Origin: Dimorphilus gyrociliatus
Taxonomy: Eukaryota > Animalia > Annelida
Assembly: GCA_904063045.1 (NCBI GenBank)
Contig: CAJFCJ010000006.1
Location: 620,001-684,000 of the forward strand
Direction: 5' to 3'
DNA: 64,000 bases
Shown piece by piece: positions 13,703 to 28,457 of the stretch. Position 1 is the stretch's first letter. The number at the start of each line of letters is the position of its first letter. The notes below the pieces were generated by a model. It searched no databases, was not told the DNA's origin, and saw only the letters and a list, made by a program, of their open reading frames with translations. A program made the translations under genes and the position numbers.

Positions 13703-16700
13703 ATGAACATTTTGGATGCTTTTTTTTGTATTCTTTTAACTATCGTCGTTCAATCTATGACGACAGTTTTATTGCCTAAAATATAAGAGAAATTTCTTAT
13801 CTCTGTAATTAAGTTTGTTTGTGAATATTTATTTGGACGTTTAAACAAAGTAGGTCGTATACGTGTATAGAGCCCCGGTATATACTGTATAGAGTGTGTA
13901 CAGTCTGACACTATTGCTATTAACTGCAGTTGCTCTCTACTCATAGATTTTGCAACTATCTTTTTCTTTAGACTTTCTAACATTATTTTCCCGCCTACGT
14001 GAATCTTACATAGGCGGGATAATAAATTTCATTGACCCACTCGAGTGACATTTTGATAAGACACAAATTGTCAGGCTTGAGCTATTAAATTTCCTCCTAT
14101 GTTGAACAGATTACATTTTATGAAGTCATATTTAACAGGTTAAAGCGCAAATAAGTAAAGACACGACATCAATTTACCTAGACGATGAAAGTGGAGATGG
14201 GAATGGAAGTGGTAACATTCCTGAACAACCTGCAGAAGAGTTCCGTAAGAAATAGTTCATAATTATGTTGATCGGTTCTTAAATTCTGATAATTTATAAT
14301 AGCATATTATCGTCTGATAATGTGTTGTCAAGGAACGACTTGGAGAGAGGAGTATAGAAATAGAACTTCTGCACACTTCGAAGCTTTAGGATCGAAGATA
14401 TCACAGAAGATTGACAAAATATTTTCAAGTCAACTGCGAACGTCTGATTACTATTTAAAAGTGCTGCAGTTTCGGTAGGCCCGCGTAAATTTTCAAGTTT
14501 TTATATTTGCTTAAAACTCTTTTACATTGATAGGGTTGTAAATTACCGAAAGCGAAAGAGAAGGTAAAAAAATTGCTTTATATCATTTAACATCTGTAAG
14601 ATATACATCGTGTATACATCAAGGTCCCTTGACTCTTGTCAAGTTCTTGCGACTGTTGATGTACGAATTTTGGACGAAAATAAAGAAGTGGCAGAAGCTT
14701 TATTAAATAAAAGCCTCACAAACTTCAAGTTTTATAAAGCTCACCAACCAGGTAATCCATGTTTCCATTAATATTTTTCCATAACTGTCTTTTTGTGTTT
14801 TTTCTGGTATCAAAATACTAATACTTAATTTGTTAACCATTTCTCCACAAGAATCTGACGCGTGAAGTTAACTTCGCAAAATTTAAAATAATATATTTAA
14901 TATCCAACTTACATAAAAATTTCAGATTCATAGTAGGTTCACTAAAATTTTTTCATAGCGGATTCAAAGAAAGAATTTGATTGATGCCTAAAGAATGAAC
15001 TAATCTAACTACTGTGTAACCAATTTGCGTTAGTCTGAGACAGGATGTTTATTTAACAATTCGAGTAATCGATTACTAGAAGAAAGTTTCCTTACAAAAA
15101 ATGATATTATTTTTACACCCTCTAATCAAACTAACTCTGAAGACCAGAGATTTTAATTATAATATAATATTAATTTGGAAATTCTTCAGTTGCTGACAAT
15201 CCTTGCCCTGATTCAATAGGAAATTACTTAAAGAAGGGGGAAAATATTTCCTTAAACACAGAAAACAAAATACCAGCTTTAACTATTCCGTCGAAATTAT
15301 CAGTGAAATGTAAAGGATTACTTTCAGGCATTTCAATGCTTGTCATCAACAAAAGTGAATTAACAGATGTTAATGGTCTCATTTATCTTACTATTTGGAA
15401 ACCGATATATAATAAAACCGTATCCAATAAGACTCCCTCAATGTACAAATTGTTAGACAAGATAAACCTTCGAACAGATATTATTCATCAGGAAATTCGA
15501 CCTCGAATACTCGTCTTTAAAGGTTATATGATTGGCTTTGTCTACTCTTTGAAGAAGAAAAAATATTTCCCTTCTCTACAAGTGGGAAAGCTAAGTAACG
15601 ATGAAAAGTCTGAAATATTAGTGCATCAACACTTCTACGCGGATTATTTGGTTGTAGGGGAACAAATAAATTCAACTCAGTTAGACCACAAATTCCTGGA
15701 ATTTTATGATAACAAAAACGAGAAGAAATATATGCAATATATTTTTCAAGCGCACATTGGTAAAAAGATATGTTCAATCAGTATTTGTAAATTGATATTG
15801 TAATTATATATCCATCTATTTATTTTGAATGGATATATTCTATTATTTTCCGTTATCATAGTAGTCTTTGTTATCCACAAGTTTGAAAAGTAATTAGATT
15901 AAAATTGACTCTATTAAAGATAGCATTACTTTTCAATTCGACAGATCCGATACCTTCTACAATTTCACCCTTTTGTGAGATTTGGGAAAGACGATGTCCT
16001 AACGGAGCGTGTGTCCCAAGAGACTTATATTGTAGCCAGTGTAAGGTGGAAAGAGAGTGCAGTTATCGTACGTAGATTTATATTATTTAATGATCAAATG
16101 ATTAATTACCATTAATTAATGTATCATCGGTAGCATGTCAAAAATTCAAGGATTTGCAACAAATTAATGATCGAACAAAAGCTAATTCATCTCAGACTCT
16201 ATTATCACTTCTTCCAAATATACAATTATACGAAAATTGTGATCGTCTGTACATAGCACAAGCTTTTATAGGATATTCTTTTAAAAGTGATAGACCTAAC
16301 CATGAACTCTTTTTGACTGTATGGAGAATTATTGAGGATAAAAAATCACTGAAATTGATAAGTAAAACTAAGCTTGCTGAGAATAAAAAAGCAAAATATT
16401 ATGAACTAATATCAGGAAGTTATATTGAGTTTAATAAACATGATTTGATTGGTATTCTTCAGAGTAAATCAGAAATAAGTGATCAGGTTTCATCCGGTAT
16501 TGCTTTCGTTGAAGCTGATGATTATGAAGTCTTTGCATACGATATTCCTGAGGTTGATAGTTCTGAACTTGAAGAAGGCTTTGAAATTCTTCGAAAAATG
16601 AAAAAATCAATTAAAAATAGAAAATATGACATTCAGATTTATTACGAGTCGAAAATTGAGATAGGATCGACTCCAAGACCTTGTTATGGATGTGGTATGC

Positions 16701-19700
16701 TAATACTTTATCTATCTTTAACCAATTAAGCATTTTCCTATATAAAAAAATCTTACTTTACAGCATGTGGTGGAAGTGCTGCCTGTCGAAATGGAGGGAA
16801 ATGTGACGAAGATAGTACTGGACGATTTATTTGTTACTGTGCTGCTGGATTTGAAGGAATCACCTGTGAAATGAGTAAGTTTACTTTGTTTTTGTGATCA
16901 CACCAAAACAGTTGTACTTTCAGCGAAGCAAGAAACCACTACTACCTATCCTTCATGTGGAATAGGTCAATTTTTATGCTCAGATGGCACATGTATCGAA
17001 AATTATCTTTTATGTGATACTATTCCCAATTGTTCAAATGACGAGGTTAATTGCCGGGACTTGAGTACGTAATCATCTTTAATTTTTTGGAAAAGCTGTA
17101 GCTATGCTTTTTTAGATGAATGTCGAGAAAACATCTGTTATAATAAAGGAAAGTGTATGGAGATAAAAAACGGAAAAGTTCAATGCTCTTGCTATGATAA
17201 TTTCTACGGAGAACGTTGCTCCAATGGTTGATAATTACTAAGATGATCTTAAATAATATAATATTTATAATTTAAATAACTTTTTAATATCTTTTATGAT
17301 TTCCTTTTCAGAGTGTTCAAATTTTTTATGTAGTGATCATAGTGACTGCATATCAGACAGCCTGCTTTGCGATGGGTACAATGATTGTTCAGATGGGAGT
17401 GATGAGAGAAATTGCCGTAAATAAATTTTAATTAAAAGTATAATTTTTTAAGAGTTCTTTCTATCAATTAGCTTCAAAACCTTCATGTCGACCTGGTGAA
17501 TTTAAATGCCAGAATAATATCTGCATTCCAAATTTTAAGCTTTGTGATGGTGAAAACAATTGCTACGATGAAAGCGATGAAAGGCAGTGCCCGATTTTGA
17601 GTAATTATCTCAATTGTTTTCAAAAAGCTTATTTAAAATATTTTACGTTAAACAGACAACTGTTTGGAAAACATCTGTTATAATGACGGAAAATGCCTTT
17701 CTGTACAAAATGGAATCGTTACGTGTGAATGCAGTGATCGGTACTTTGGTTTACGATGCGACAGAGGTAAATCATTGAATATCAAAGCTTAAGTTAATTT
17801 TAATATGAAGTAACAAATACTTTAGAGTGTCCAGACGAAGAATTTCTTTGCACAGACAAAAGTAATTGTTTACAAAAATCCAAGATATGCGACAGGTTGA
17901 CACAATGTGATGACAACAGCGATGAATCAAATTGCTGTGGGTTTAGGACATTGTATATCTTTTCTTGTTCTATAAAAATTATTTAAATATAGCAGATACG
18001 GTTTTATATGCCCGACCAAAACTAGTTCGAATCTTAGTCGGAGAGGATGTTAGATTAGCTTGTGAGGCTGACAAACAATATAAAGATAAGAAAATAGAAT
18101 GGGTTAAGTCACCCAATACTATAATAGAAGATGGTTATGATTCTCGAATGACATACGAAGAAGGATATTTGGATATATTAAACGCAAAAGAAACTGATTC
18201 TGGATTTTACTTTTGTCAATTTAAAGACAATAAACAAGTGAAATCAGATGAATTAGAATTAATTGTTGAGTCAGGTATTTTAGTTTAATTAATTAGAATA
18301 ATTTTTTTAGATTTTTATTTGTGTCCTGCTAGATCCTACTGAAGTTTGTCTTAATGGAGAATGTGGTAGGATTTAAAGAGTAGAGGGACTGTCAAAATAT
18401 TAATTTTTTTTTGTTTTTTTTACAGACACATTTTGCTCTCCTAATGAATTTAAATGTGTATCTGAGTCCACTTGCATCAGTATTGTCTACAAATGTGATG
18501 GTGTTTTTGATTGCTCAGATGGATCTGATGAAATATGTCCTGAAGGGGCAAGAAAATTTAATTGCTCCAGACTGACAATACCTGAGGCTAAATGGGTTAG
18601 TCTCACGTTGAAAATAAAACCATTTTATATTTATATTTTTTTAATAGTGCGACTTTAAGCAACACTGTATACGCTCTGAAGATGAAGAAGGATGCAAGGA
18701 ACCATTTATTGTAAGCCATCCGAAACCTACGTCACAAAAGATTCAAGAGGGCGCAAGTATACAACTAACATGTGAAGCTAGGGGAGTTCCTCCTCCAGTT
18801 ATCATATGGCGTCTTAACTGGGGTCATCTGAGAAATTCAACATCAGTCAAACAGTCATGGATGAGATTGCCTAATAACGGTCTTAATTTAATTAAATTAA
18901 AATTTTCAATAAATAATGTAACCATATTTTAAAATTTAGAGGGAAGTGTAGGTAAATTAATTATTCAACCTGTAACTGAAGAAGATGAAGGAGCCTATAA
19001 TTGTGAAGTTTTAAGCAAATTATCAACAACTCCACATATCAGTGATGTCGCTCAACTCATCGTGATACCATCAAAGCGTTACTGTGATGCTTTCGGATAC
19101 TTCAATGAAGTTGCAAACAGTAAAGAAGATTGCATTAGGTGCTATTGCTCTGGTGTAACTCATAATTGTAAAGGAAACGAACGATTTTATACTTTTGTAA
19201 GTCAGATTAATTTGAGTTGATGAAATTTATCTCTTTTTTTTAATCTATTATTTGAAGATAACCCCAGCCAGTAATGCAATTCGGGTCATGAACTTTGATA
19301 GGAACGAGTACGTCAGGGATTCTTTAATAACAAGAACTGACAATACCAATCAACGATACACGTTTAACGAGCAGTTTTCTTTCTATGATAAAAATAGATA
19401 TTACTGGTCTTTGCCAAAGCAATTTTTAGGAAATAAAGTAAGGGCTCTAATTAATGCATTTGATACTGACGAGTGTTCAAAATTAATAGTTAAAGTCGTA
19501 TGGATCCAGTGTTCAATTTTCTTTGAGTTATTACCCTGAAGATAAGCAAGATGTATTTAAAAATTCTCCTGACTTTATAATACAAGTATAAAAGGCAAAT
19601 TCCATAGTATCTGAATTCTAAGAATATTTTTTAAAGGGTAAAACTTATAGTTTGTATAACTATTTTAATGAAAAAACGAAAGTTCACAAAAAAAGAATAA

Positions 19701-22700
19701 TTCTAACTGAGGTAATGTATAGTATTATTCTCTGGTTATTTTCCGTATTGCTCACAAGAGTTATATTTCAGAAACATTTCATTCATATTAATGGCTCCCG
19801 AGTCACTAGACAAGATTTTATGATGATTTTGAGTGATATCACCTCTATCTATATAAAGGCAAGATTCTCTTTTGATCAGTCAGAAAGTCAAATTCGTAAG
19901 TTGTTTTCCGTTTCCAGTTTTTCAACTAAAGTTTTTTTAACCTTTCAGAACAACTTTTAATGAGAGAAGCAACAGAAAAAGAGCAAAGTTCAGACCAACA
20001 AGAAAGTACTTTCTTAGTCGAAGAATGTAGTTGTCCATCTGGTTACAAAGGTTTGTCCTGTGAAGAATGTGACGAAGGATACGACCGTGAACACGAAAGC
20101 TTGTCATATGGAAGATGTAAACCTTCAAAATGTAACTGTAATGGACATGCTGATAATTGTGATTCTCAATTTCATTGTCTTGTTAGTTTACCAGCTACAG
20201 TTTGTAACTTGGGTAAAGATTAATGTTTTTATTTGATCAGGGGTGCCGTGACAACACAGAGGGCAATAATTGTGAAAAATGCTCAGAAGGCTATTATATG
20301 GTAAAAAACAATAATCCAAAGGATCGATGTCAACGATGCCCTTGTCCCGCTTATAATAAATATGATCAGTGAGTATCAAATTATCATCAAGACCCTACTA
20401 TAATGAAGTTCTCGACTCCAGCTATAATATATTATTTGTTATTAGGTACGTTTATGGTTGTTATTTAAATGAAGAAGATGAAGTTGTTTGTCGATGTCCT
20501 GAAGGCTACGAAGGCAAAAATTGTAACATGTGTTCCACGGGTTATGAGGGTGATCCTAGATTGGGAAAAGAATGTACGGCTATTGGCCAAGGTTTGAATT
20601 TTTAAGAATACAAGCATCACGAATCATTTAACTTTCAAAACCAATTGTATCAAACATATCATTCCGTAAGCTTATAGGTCACAATCAATGATTTTAACCA
20701 ACGAATTTATTTGGAGTGGAATAAATTAATTGGAAAAATAATTTCTATTCTATAGATAGAAGATGTGATCAAGCTGGAAGTTTTAACCCTGATTCTTATG
20801 ATATTTGTAATTGCAAAGTATGATTATTTTTAAAAAATTGGAGATGCTATTGAATATTTTCATATACAGCCTGGTTCAACGGGACTATACTGCAATGTTT
20901 GCAAGAGGGGTTATTTTAATCTTCATTTAGAAAATCCTGACGGGTGTTTAAAGTGTTTTTGTAATAATCAAAGCCTAGATTGTCAATCCGGTGACTTTAC
21001 TGTTTACAAAGTATTTATAGAAGATAGCTTGGTAATAGTTTTTTATGTTATATACTGTTTCAGAAAATATTCAACAAAGAAGACTATAACGCTATAAAAC
21101 TTATTGATGAAAGAGGTAATGAAAAATATCATGATTTTTATTTTGTCGATGCTGCAAGAAAACGAGTAGAAATTAGAGATTTAGACAATATACGTATATC
21201 TCTCTATTGGTATATTCCATCTGCAATCTTAGGAAATTTGGTATGATATAACTTCTTCTGGAGATGACTATTAATTTTGAGAATCATTTTAGATTCTGTC
21301 TTATCGCGAATTGTTAATATTTAACTTTTTCTACGATGGCTCAGAAAGTGGAAGCTTTGAGATAATATTACTGGTTAGTAACATGAAATGTAAATAATTC
21401 AAATATCCAATTATAATTTTTTATTCAGGATAACATGAATCGTAGAAACTCTTTCGATTTTATGGCGTATTGCGATGAGAGGCATGAATGCACGAGTCAG
21501 AGTCGTATAGAGCTAAAAGAAGTAACTAAATAACTAGATATATTTGGGAGATATAATAATACAATAAACAATCACAGGAAAATTTTGGTATTGGTAGAAG
21601 TGAGTTTATGAAAGTTTTGAGCGACACCAAGGCTATTTTAATAACTGCAACATCAAGTGAATTCGTTAAATCATCTCGGTAATTTTGTATACAAATCATA
21701 CACATAATATATATACAATATACTATATATTAGAAAGAATAGCAGCGTTTAATTTTAACTATTAAAAACAGATTAAGCGACATTGAAATAACCCAAGGCA
21801 ATTGGAAAGAGGGGAACTTCGATACTGGTCGAAAAAATATGGCTTTAGAACACTGTAACTGCCAAAGAAACTTTATAGGAACTTCATGTGAAAAATGTCC
21901 AATAAATCATTTTCATTCACATGATTCGTGTGTACCTTGTCTCGAACATTGTAATGGATATTCAAATACCTGTGATGCCACTACCGGTAAATGTACGGTA
22001 TGTATAAAGATTCAATAAACATCTTAAGTCCCAAACTGAGTATACTTTATAAACCTTAGCACTGCTTGTATCACACAACTGGAGATAGATGTGAAAACTG
22101 CGAAAAAGGCTACATTGGTAATCCAACTCAGCATCCTGGGGGACGCAATGCTTGTATATTCGAAGGTGAATGCAATTTTTGCGATGAATTGGGCACAATT
22201 CCCATAGAACCTCGCTGTTATCCTGAAACAAGACAATGTATATGCCAAGTAAGACTATTTAATATTTTTATTTACAGCTTTGCATCTTAAATTGTTTTTA
22301 GAAAAATGTAATTGGCAGACTTTGTTCAGAATGTGTATCAGGATTTTTTGAATTTTTGTCTACTTATAAGCCTCCCTGCACGACAGAATGTTTTTGTAGT
22401 GATCAATCATCCCACTGCACAAGCAGTAATTTTTATTGGCGAGAAAAATTGATCACTTCTAATGTGTTAGCCATTGACTTAGATTCAAATACATTAATCA
22501 ATGACGAGTGCTCTGGATGTTTAAAAAGTGATTCGTACGGCGAATTTACTCTACATATTGCTGAAAATTTGAGAAATCGTGTTTGGTATTTTAGTTTAAG
22601 TGAAATACAGGGCGATTTAAGTTCTGGTTATGGTGGTAGGATCTTTTTCAATTATTACACCGAATCTTTAAACAGCAACTGGGGATTAAATCATGCTGAT

Positions 22701-25700
22701 ATTATTCTAGAAGTAAAATTATTATCAATATATTTAATTTAAATATAATAATTTATTTGTGCACACTTATAGAGTACAGATGGATACAAAATCTCATCCC
22801 AGTTCCAAGATCATGCAAATTTCGTATCTTCGAATAGGAAAATTACTATCCTGTTAAGAGAAGTAAAATTACACTAAAAACAAACAAACACTAAATGCAA
22901 ATAAAATTATCTGACTTTTCAGGATCAATTTTTTAACGATATAAATAGGCATGCTGTAACTAGAAGACAGTTTATGAATATTCTAATTCACTTAAAATCT
23001 GTTTATATTCGAGCGACTAGAGATGCATCGACTTTCAGTTCATCGATTAATTCGATTTATTTTCAAGTTGGTGATAGCGAAATCGATGCTAGTGGTCTTG
23101 GAAAAGCTTCAAGTATTGAAAAATGCGCGTGTTCACATCCTTACTCTGGAGGGAGCTGTCATGTTAGTTCCAGAAAATGACAATTCTTAAGAATGCATTA
23201 CTTTTTTTAATTTCAGAAATGCGTTGATGGTTTCAGACCTGTAGGATCAATCGCAATGAGAACTTTTAAGTGTGTAAAAGACTCGTCATGCTCTTGTAAC
23301 GGATTTAGTACAAAATGTGATGAAAATGGAAATTGCTTAGTGAGCTAAAATTGTCTCTTAATCAATATTTTATCTAGCCATTTTCAGGACTGTACAAGCA
23401 ATACTGAAGGTAGTGACTGCTCCAAGTGCAGAAAGGGCTATTTTAAAGTTAAGACTGGCAAAACAACTTTCACATGTCAACCTTGCTCGTGTCCGTTTCA
23501 AGAGGCAAAGTTAGTTTTTAGTAACAATAATATGCTTTAGGTTTCGAAGTATGATTATTTACAGCTACGCTGAGGATTGTCATCACAGCCTTGCAAAAAA
23601 GCAAATGGTTTGTCGTAATTGTTATAAGGGCTATGAAGGAAAATGGTGTGAAAAATGTTCACAAGGCTATAAAAAATCCTATTTCCCAATCTTTCAGTGC
23701 ATAAGAACCAGTAAAATTTAACATAGATTCTAATTAAAATTTATAAAAGTTTGAGGTTTACCCTTTTCTTTGCAGAAACAATAGATTTCCATGTTTATGT
23801 GCTAAAAGACGAAGCTAAAATTAATGCCGAAGAAGGTAGCACAGTGGAACTAAGATGCCGGACTCAATCTCAGGTAGCGCAGTAAAAGTCTAAATTAGTT
23901 ACAATTAAGAGTAATCTTTTTATAGACGTCATTGTTTGTAATAACTTGGAAAGACCCAAAGGGTGAAAAAATTGAAGGGAATTCAAATACTGCTGGTATA
24001 CTTTCTATTCCCAATGTGAAAGTTAGTGATTCAGGTCGTTATACTTGCATTGGCGTTCAAAAATCCACCGAAGTGGATCCTGGCGAATATAAAACTGACT
24101 CTGCTTATGTGAGCCTAAATGTTCGAGCATTATATGCAAATAAACCGCAGAATATACGAATACAAAGAAGCGATGGACTTTTGGTTAAGGATTCAACAAC
24201 CTTAAATATTGTCGCTGGCACTAAAGTGAAATTATCTTGTATAGCAGACGGCGAAAATATTCAATATTCTTGGATGTGGAATGATGGGACTCAAAGTTAT
24301 GTTTCATATCTTTTAATAGAATCTGCAAACAAATCTATTGATGATGGCTCCTATGAATGTGAAGCAAAAAATGATGCTGGCTATGCAAATATACGATTAC
24401 ATTTGCGTGTGATTCGTAAGTTTTGAATATTTGTTTGCTTAAAAAGTAATGATTCTCAATATAGCTTCGAAAACAACTTATGGCCCGCCTCCACCCACAA
24501 CCCCTCCTCCAGTCATGCCACCATGTAAGAATGCTTCTTCTTACAACTCATAAAAGTTAATCTTGTCATAGCTCTATCATCTCTTTTAGCTCGTAAGCCT
24601 GATATCTTCATTCCGAATTCGTATTCAACTGTACGAAAGAATGATAATTTAACTATTATCTGTGATTTTATTGGGGACAAACCTGAAAAATTTTGGTGGA
24701 TCTTTAAACAGAGAAATGTTGAAAAACATCTGCCGCCAAATGTCATCTTAACAGACAACTCAATACGAATACAGAGAGTAAATCAAAATAACAGTGGGGA
24801 GTATATCTGCAATGCTAGAAATCGTCATGGTATATCTCAGTACTCTGGCTTTGTTAGAGTTATCAAACACATAACTTTATCCTCAACTTACAAGGAACTT
24901 TACATTAACGAAAAATTCGAAGTAACTTGTCGAGCAGAAAATAATACACGAGTATCTTGGAGTTTCAGTTCAGGGAAACCGTTTCCACAAGGAATTAAAG
25001 TTGATGGAGAAAAACTTGTTATTAAATTTAATCCTAAACAGCAAGGAATTTATGTTTGTAAAAGCAAATATGGAGCTATTGACTTCACTCTGAAAGCTAA
25101 ACGTTACTATTAACTCTCTCAAAGTGAACCTCTTTTTAATTTTTAATTATAAACAGGTGCTGATTCAATTGATATCGAGAAGAAAGTGTTATTTGGAGAA
25201 AGTTTAACCTTAATTTGTCCAAGTACATACAAATTTTAAATAGTTTTCTCACGCAAAAATTGCATAATGCTTTATCTCTCTAGATGTTAAAAACCCCGAT
25301 AATGTGAGATGGTGGATAGAATCAAGAGATTCTTCTACTCCTATTTACGATAGGGAGAAGGCTATTTTCAGTAGTGTGACGAAAGAAGGTGTTCATACTT
25401 GTGAAGAAAAGTGCGATGATGTTAGCATATGCTATAAAACATTTTACAATTTTCAAATAATCATTCAAAGTAATTTTAATGCTTTGAGCTATCAAAGTAT
25501 ATTTTAATATCTTTAAATTACAGAAAGAGCTCCAAAATTGCAAGGAGATAAAGCTATTGTTCCTACTGAAACCCGACTGATTCTTGACTGCCCATTAACA
25601 AATGCAGATATTGTCTATCCTAAGCCAACAATATTTTGGACATGGGAAAACAATCCTAATTTGCCAATGTTTTATTTTTTTATAGTATGATATTTTAATA

Positions 25701-28457
25701 TAATTAAATTCGAATTTCTTTTCCAGTTTGAGTCAAATTAACGCGGATGGCGATTTAGTGTTTGGCAGATTTAAAAGTGAATATGCAGGAAAGTATGTTT
25801 GTACTGTACAAAATAGCGAAGGACAGGATGACATGACTTGGTTGGTAGAAAGAGGCGAGAATCAACAAGTTTTTATACCCTTTTTCAATGAGAAAGATGA
25901 CACATATCTGGCTTTAAAAGCACCCTCAGTTAAAAGATCTCTGAATTTTAAAGTTGCATTTAAATCTTTCGATTTATCAGGGATTCTCCTGTTTCAAGGA
26001 GATGTCGGTAAAAAATCTGATTACTTTAGCTTGAGTCTGGACAATGGACATGTCACTTTTCGCTACTTTTTGGGCAAAGTACCGGTTACAATAAAATCCA
26101 ATGATAAGATAGACCTCGACAAATGGTATGTAGCATCCATTATAAGACCGGAGCGATCCAGCTTCGGAGTACTAAGAGTCGAAAATGAAGTATTCAATGG
26201 AACCAATACCATATCAAGTGGTATGGAAACAACCAGTCCATTGTTTCTTGGAGGTATTCCTTCGACAACAAATGAAAATGTCAAAAAGTTTATTAATTAT
26301 CACAAGAACTTTAACGGCGTAATCAGCTATTTATCATTCAATCAAAAAGAATTAAACATGCTAGACTACGAGTACCTAAACATGGTAGAAAACTATGATA
26401 CGTGTTCAAGAGATGCTCCGTGTGGAAATGGAAAACAGTGTGAAAATGCTAATGTTAAATATGGCGCTTTATGCTTCAATTTAGATTTTGAACATTGTAG
26501 AGGTATTTTAGATTTTTTAGATCTAACAAAAAAAACCGTGTTTTATCTCATCACTTAGATACTTGTCCAGCTACTCATTTATGCCAGTCTCAACCTTATT
26601 CTGATTATCAGTGTAATTGTAAATTGGGTTTCAATGGAGAAACATGCGAGAAATACACAAAGACTATACCATCTTTCAATGGTCATTCTTATATGCAAAT
26701 AAAGCATCCTCAACAAAATCTAAAAACTAATATTTCACTCGATTTAAAACCTACTTTTCTTACCTTACCATCGATTATATTATTTATGACGGCTAACAGA
26801 GTAAGTTATTAACGTACTTAGCTTGAATTAACAAAAAAGCAATGCACTTTAGGAGAATACTAAAGACTACCTGTATATAATGTTGGATACAAATGGCTTT
26901 CTGATCTTTGTCTATTACCTTGGACATAATGAAGCAATATTGTCATCTAAAGTACCACTTTCTGAGAATGAATGGAGTACTATTCAAATTATCAGAAGAG
27001 CCAATCTTGCTTCCCTATATGTTAATGGCACAATTCATGACGAAGGTACCGTCTCACATACAGATGTTAAAAATAAAAATTAACTTTTATTAAATTAGGT
27101 GATTCCGGGAAAACTTCGAAAGGATTAAATGTCCTTGATACCCTATGGTTAGGCGGTATAGCGCGAACACAGACCTCACCTAAAGATCTCTCAGGATTTG
27201 TCGGATGCATAGATAATGTAGGATACTGTAGCTGAAAACTTATATTTGTTTAGAGTATTTATAAATTATTTTATGAACAGCTTCAATTGGATGGAAATAA
27301 ATTCGATTATAATCTTAACCTGATAATTAATAGCAAAACTGTTACCCAATGCAATGAGAAGTCTTTATGTAAGGAATATATTTGCCAGAATGGAGGAACA
27401 TGTATTGAAGACCGACCAAGAATGATTGCTAAATGCTTATGCCCAGAGCTATTCACAGGTAATTGAAATTAAAAAGTAATACAGCTTATTTTGAAAATAT
27501 CCGCAGGCGAAAAATGTGAAAATGCTGTTAATATGTGTGAAATGAATAGTACGTTATGTGGTAGAGGTACTTGCATATTTTTAAACCCGGGATTCAAATG
27601 TGATTGCGGGGAAACAAGGAAATATGGAGCATTCTGTTCACTAGGAAAATATTTCAGTAAGAGCCTGCATGTCAGCAATCATGGTTACTTAGTTCTCAAA
27701 GATGACGTTATCAAGCCCTATTTAAGAGATATAGTAAGTACAATTTTGTCAATTATACATTAAAAAAATTTACAATATATATTACAATTGATTATTTGAA
27801 AAACAGATGGTGGTAAGTGGTGTGAATTGCAGTTTTTTTTAGTTAGAATTCCACTTAGCCTTTCTATCATTGAATAAATAAGACAATAAATTTTAATATT
27901 GTAAGTAAAATATTTATATTTCTATAGATACGACTAAATATAAAAACTAAGAAGACTTCTGGTTTAATATTCTTACAATATCAAAAAAATGGGCCTGATT
28001 TACAAGCCCTTTTGTTATTGGATGGAAAATTACAATTTCACTACAATCTTGGATCAAATTTGACTATTGTGAAGTCAAATATGTTCCTAGCCAATGGTTT
28101 AAAACATTCAATAGTAATTGAAAGAAGTGGAAAACAAGTTTTTGTAATAATAGATGATAAGACTGATTCATCAGACATTTCTCCCGGAAAAATGCAAACT
28201 TTGAATACAGACAGCGAGTTTTACTTGGGTAGTTCCTGTAAAATATTTTAAGAACTTACGTATTTTAACAAATTTTTATCTTTACAGGTGCTATTCCTAT
28301 GAGTTTAAGGAGTAAAATAGCAAACTTCACGTATTATTTTGACTATTTTGATGGCTGCATTTGGGATTTAAAAGTCAGCAACAAAACAGACACGATGGTT
28401 GATATAAACTTGAATGATTATGCTATAATGGAACATAACGCTTGGACTTGTATATAA
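13703..28457 (+). CDS. HSPG2: Perlecan (basement-membrane HSPG): SEA, LDLa/EGF, Ig, 3x laminin B + LE, Ig array, 3x LamG + EGF; ~50 exons; start codon tentative
   Basis: Signal-like [18 protein letters not shown]; GAG-site region [11 protein letters not shown] (14181-14213); SEA-like exons; perlecan signature [19 protein letters not shown]; three L4 domains ([38 protein letters not shown]); three LamG; stop TAA 28455-28457. Confidence 0.88.
27807..27812 (+). other. Candidate 6-nt microexon (ATGGTG, Met-Val) in perlecan LamG3
   Basis: Sequence aaaacag|ATGGTG|gtaagt sits inside an otherwise 194-nt phase-0 intron (27734-27927), far longer than the local ~50 nt norm. Confidence 0.55.
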
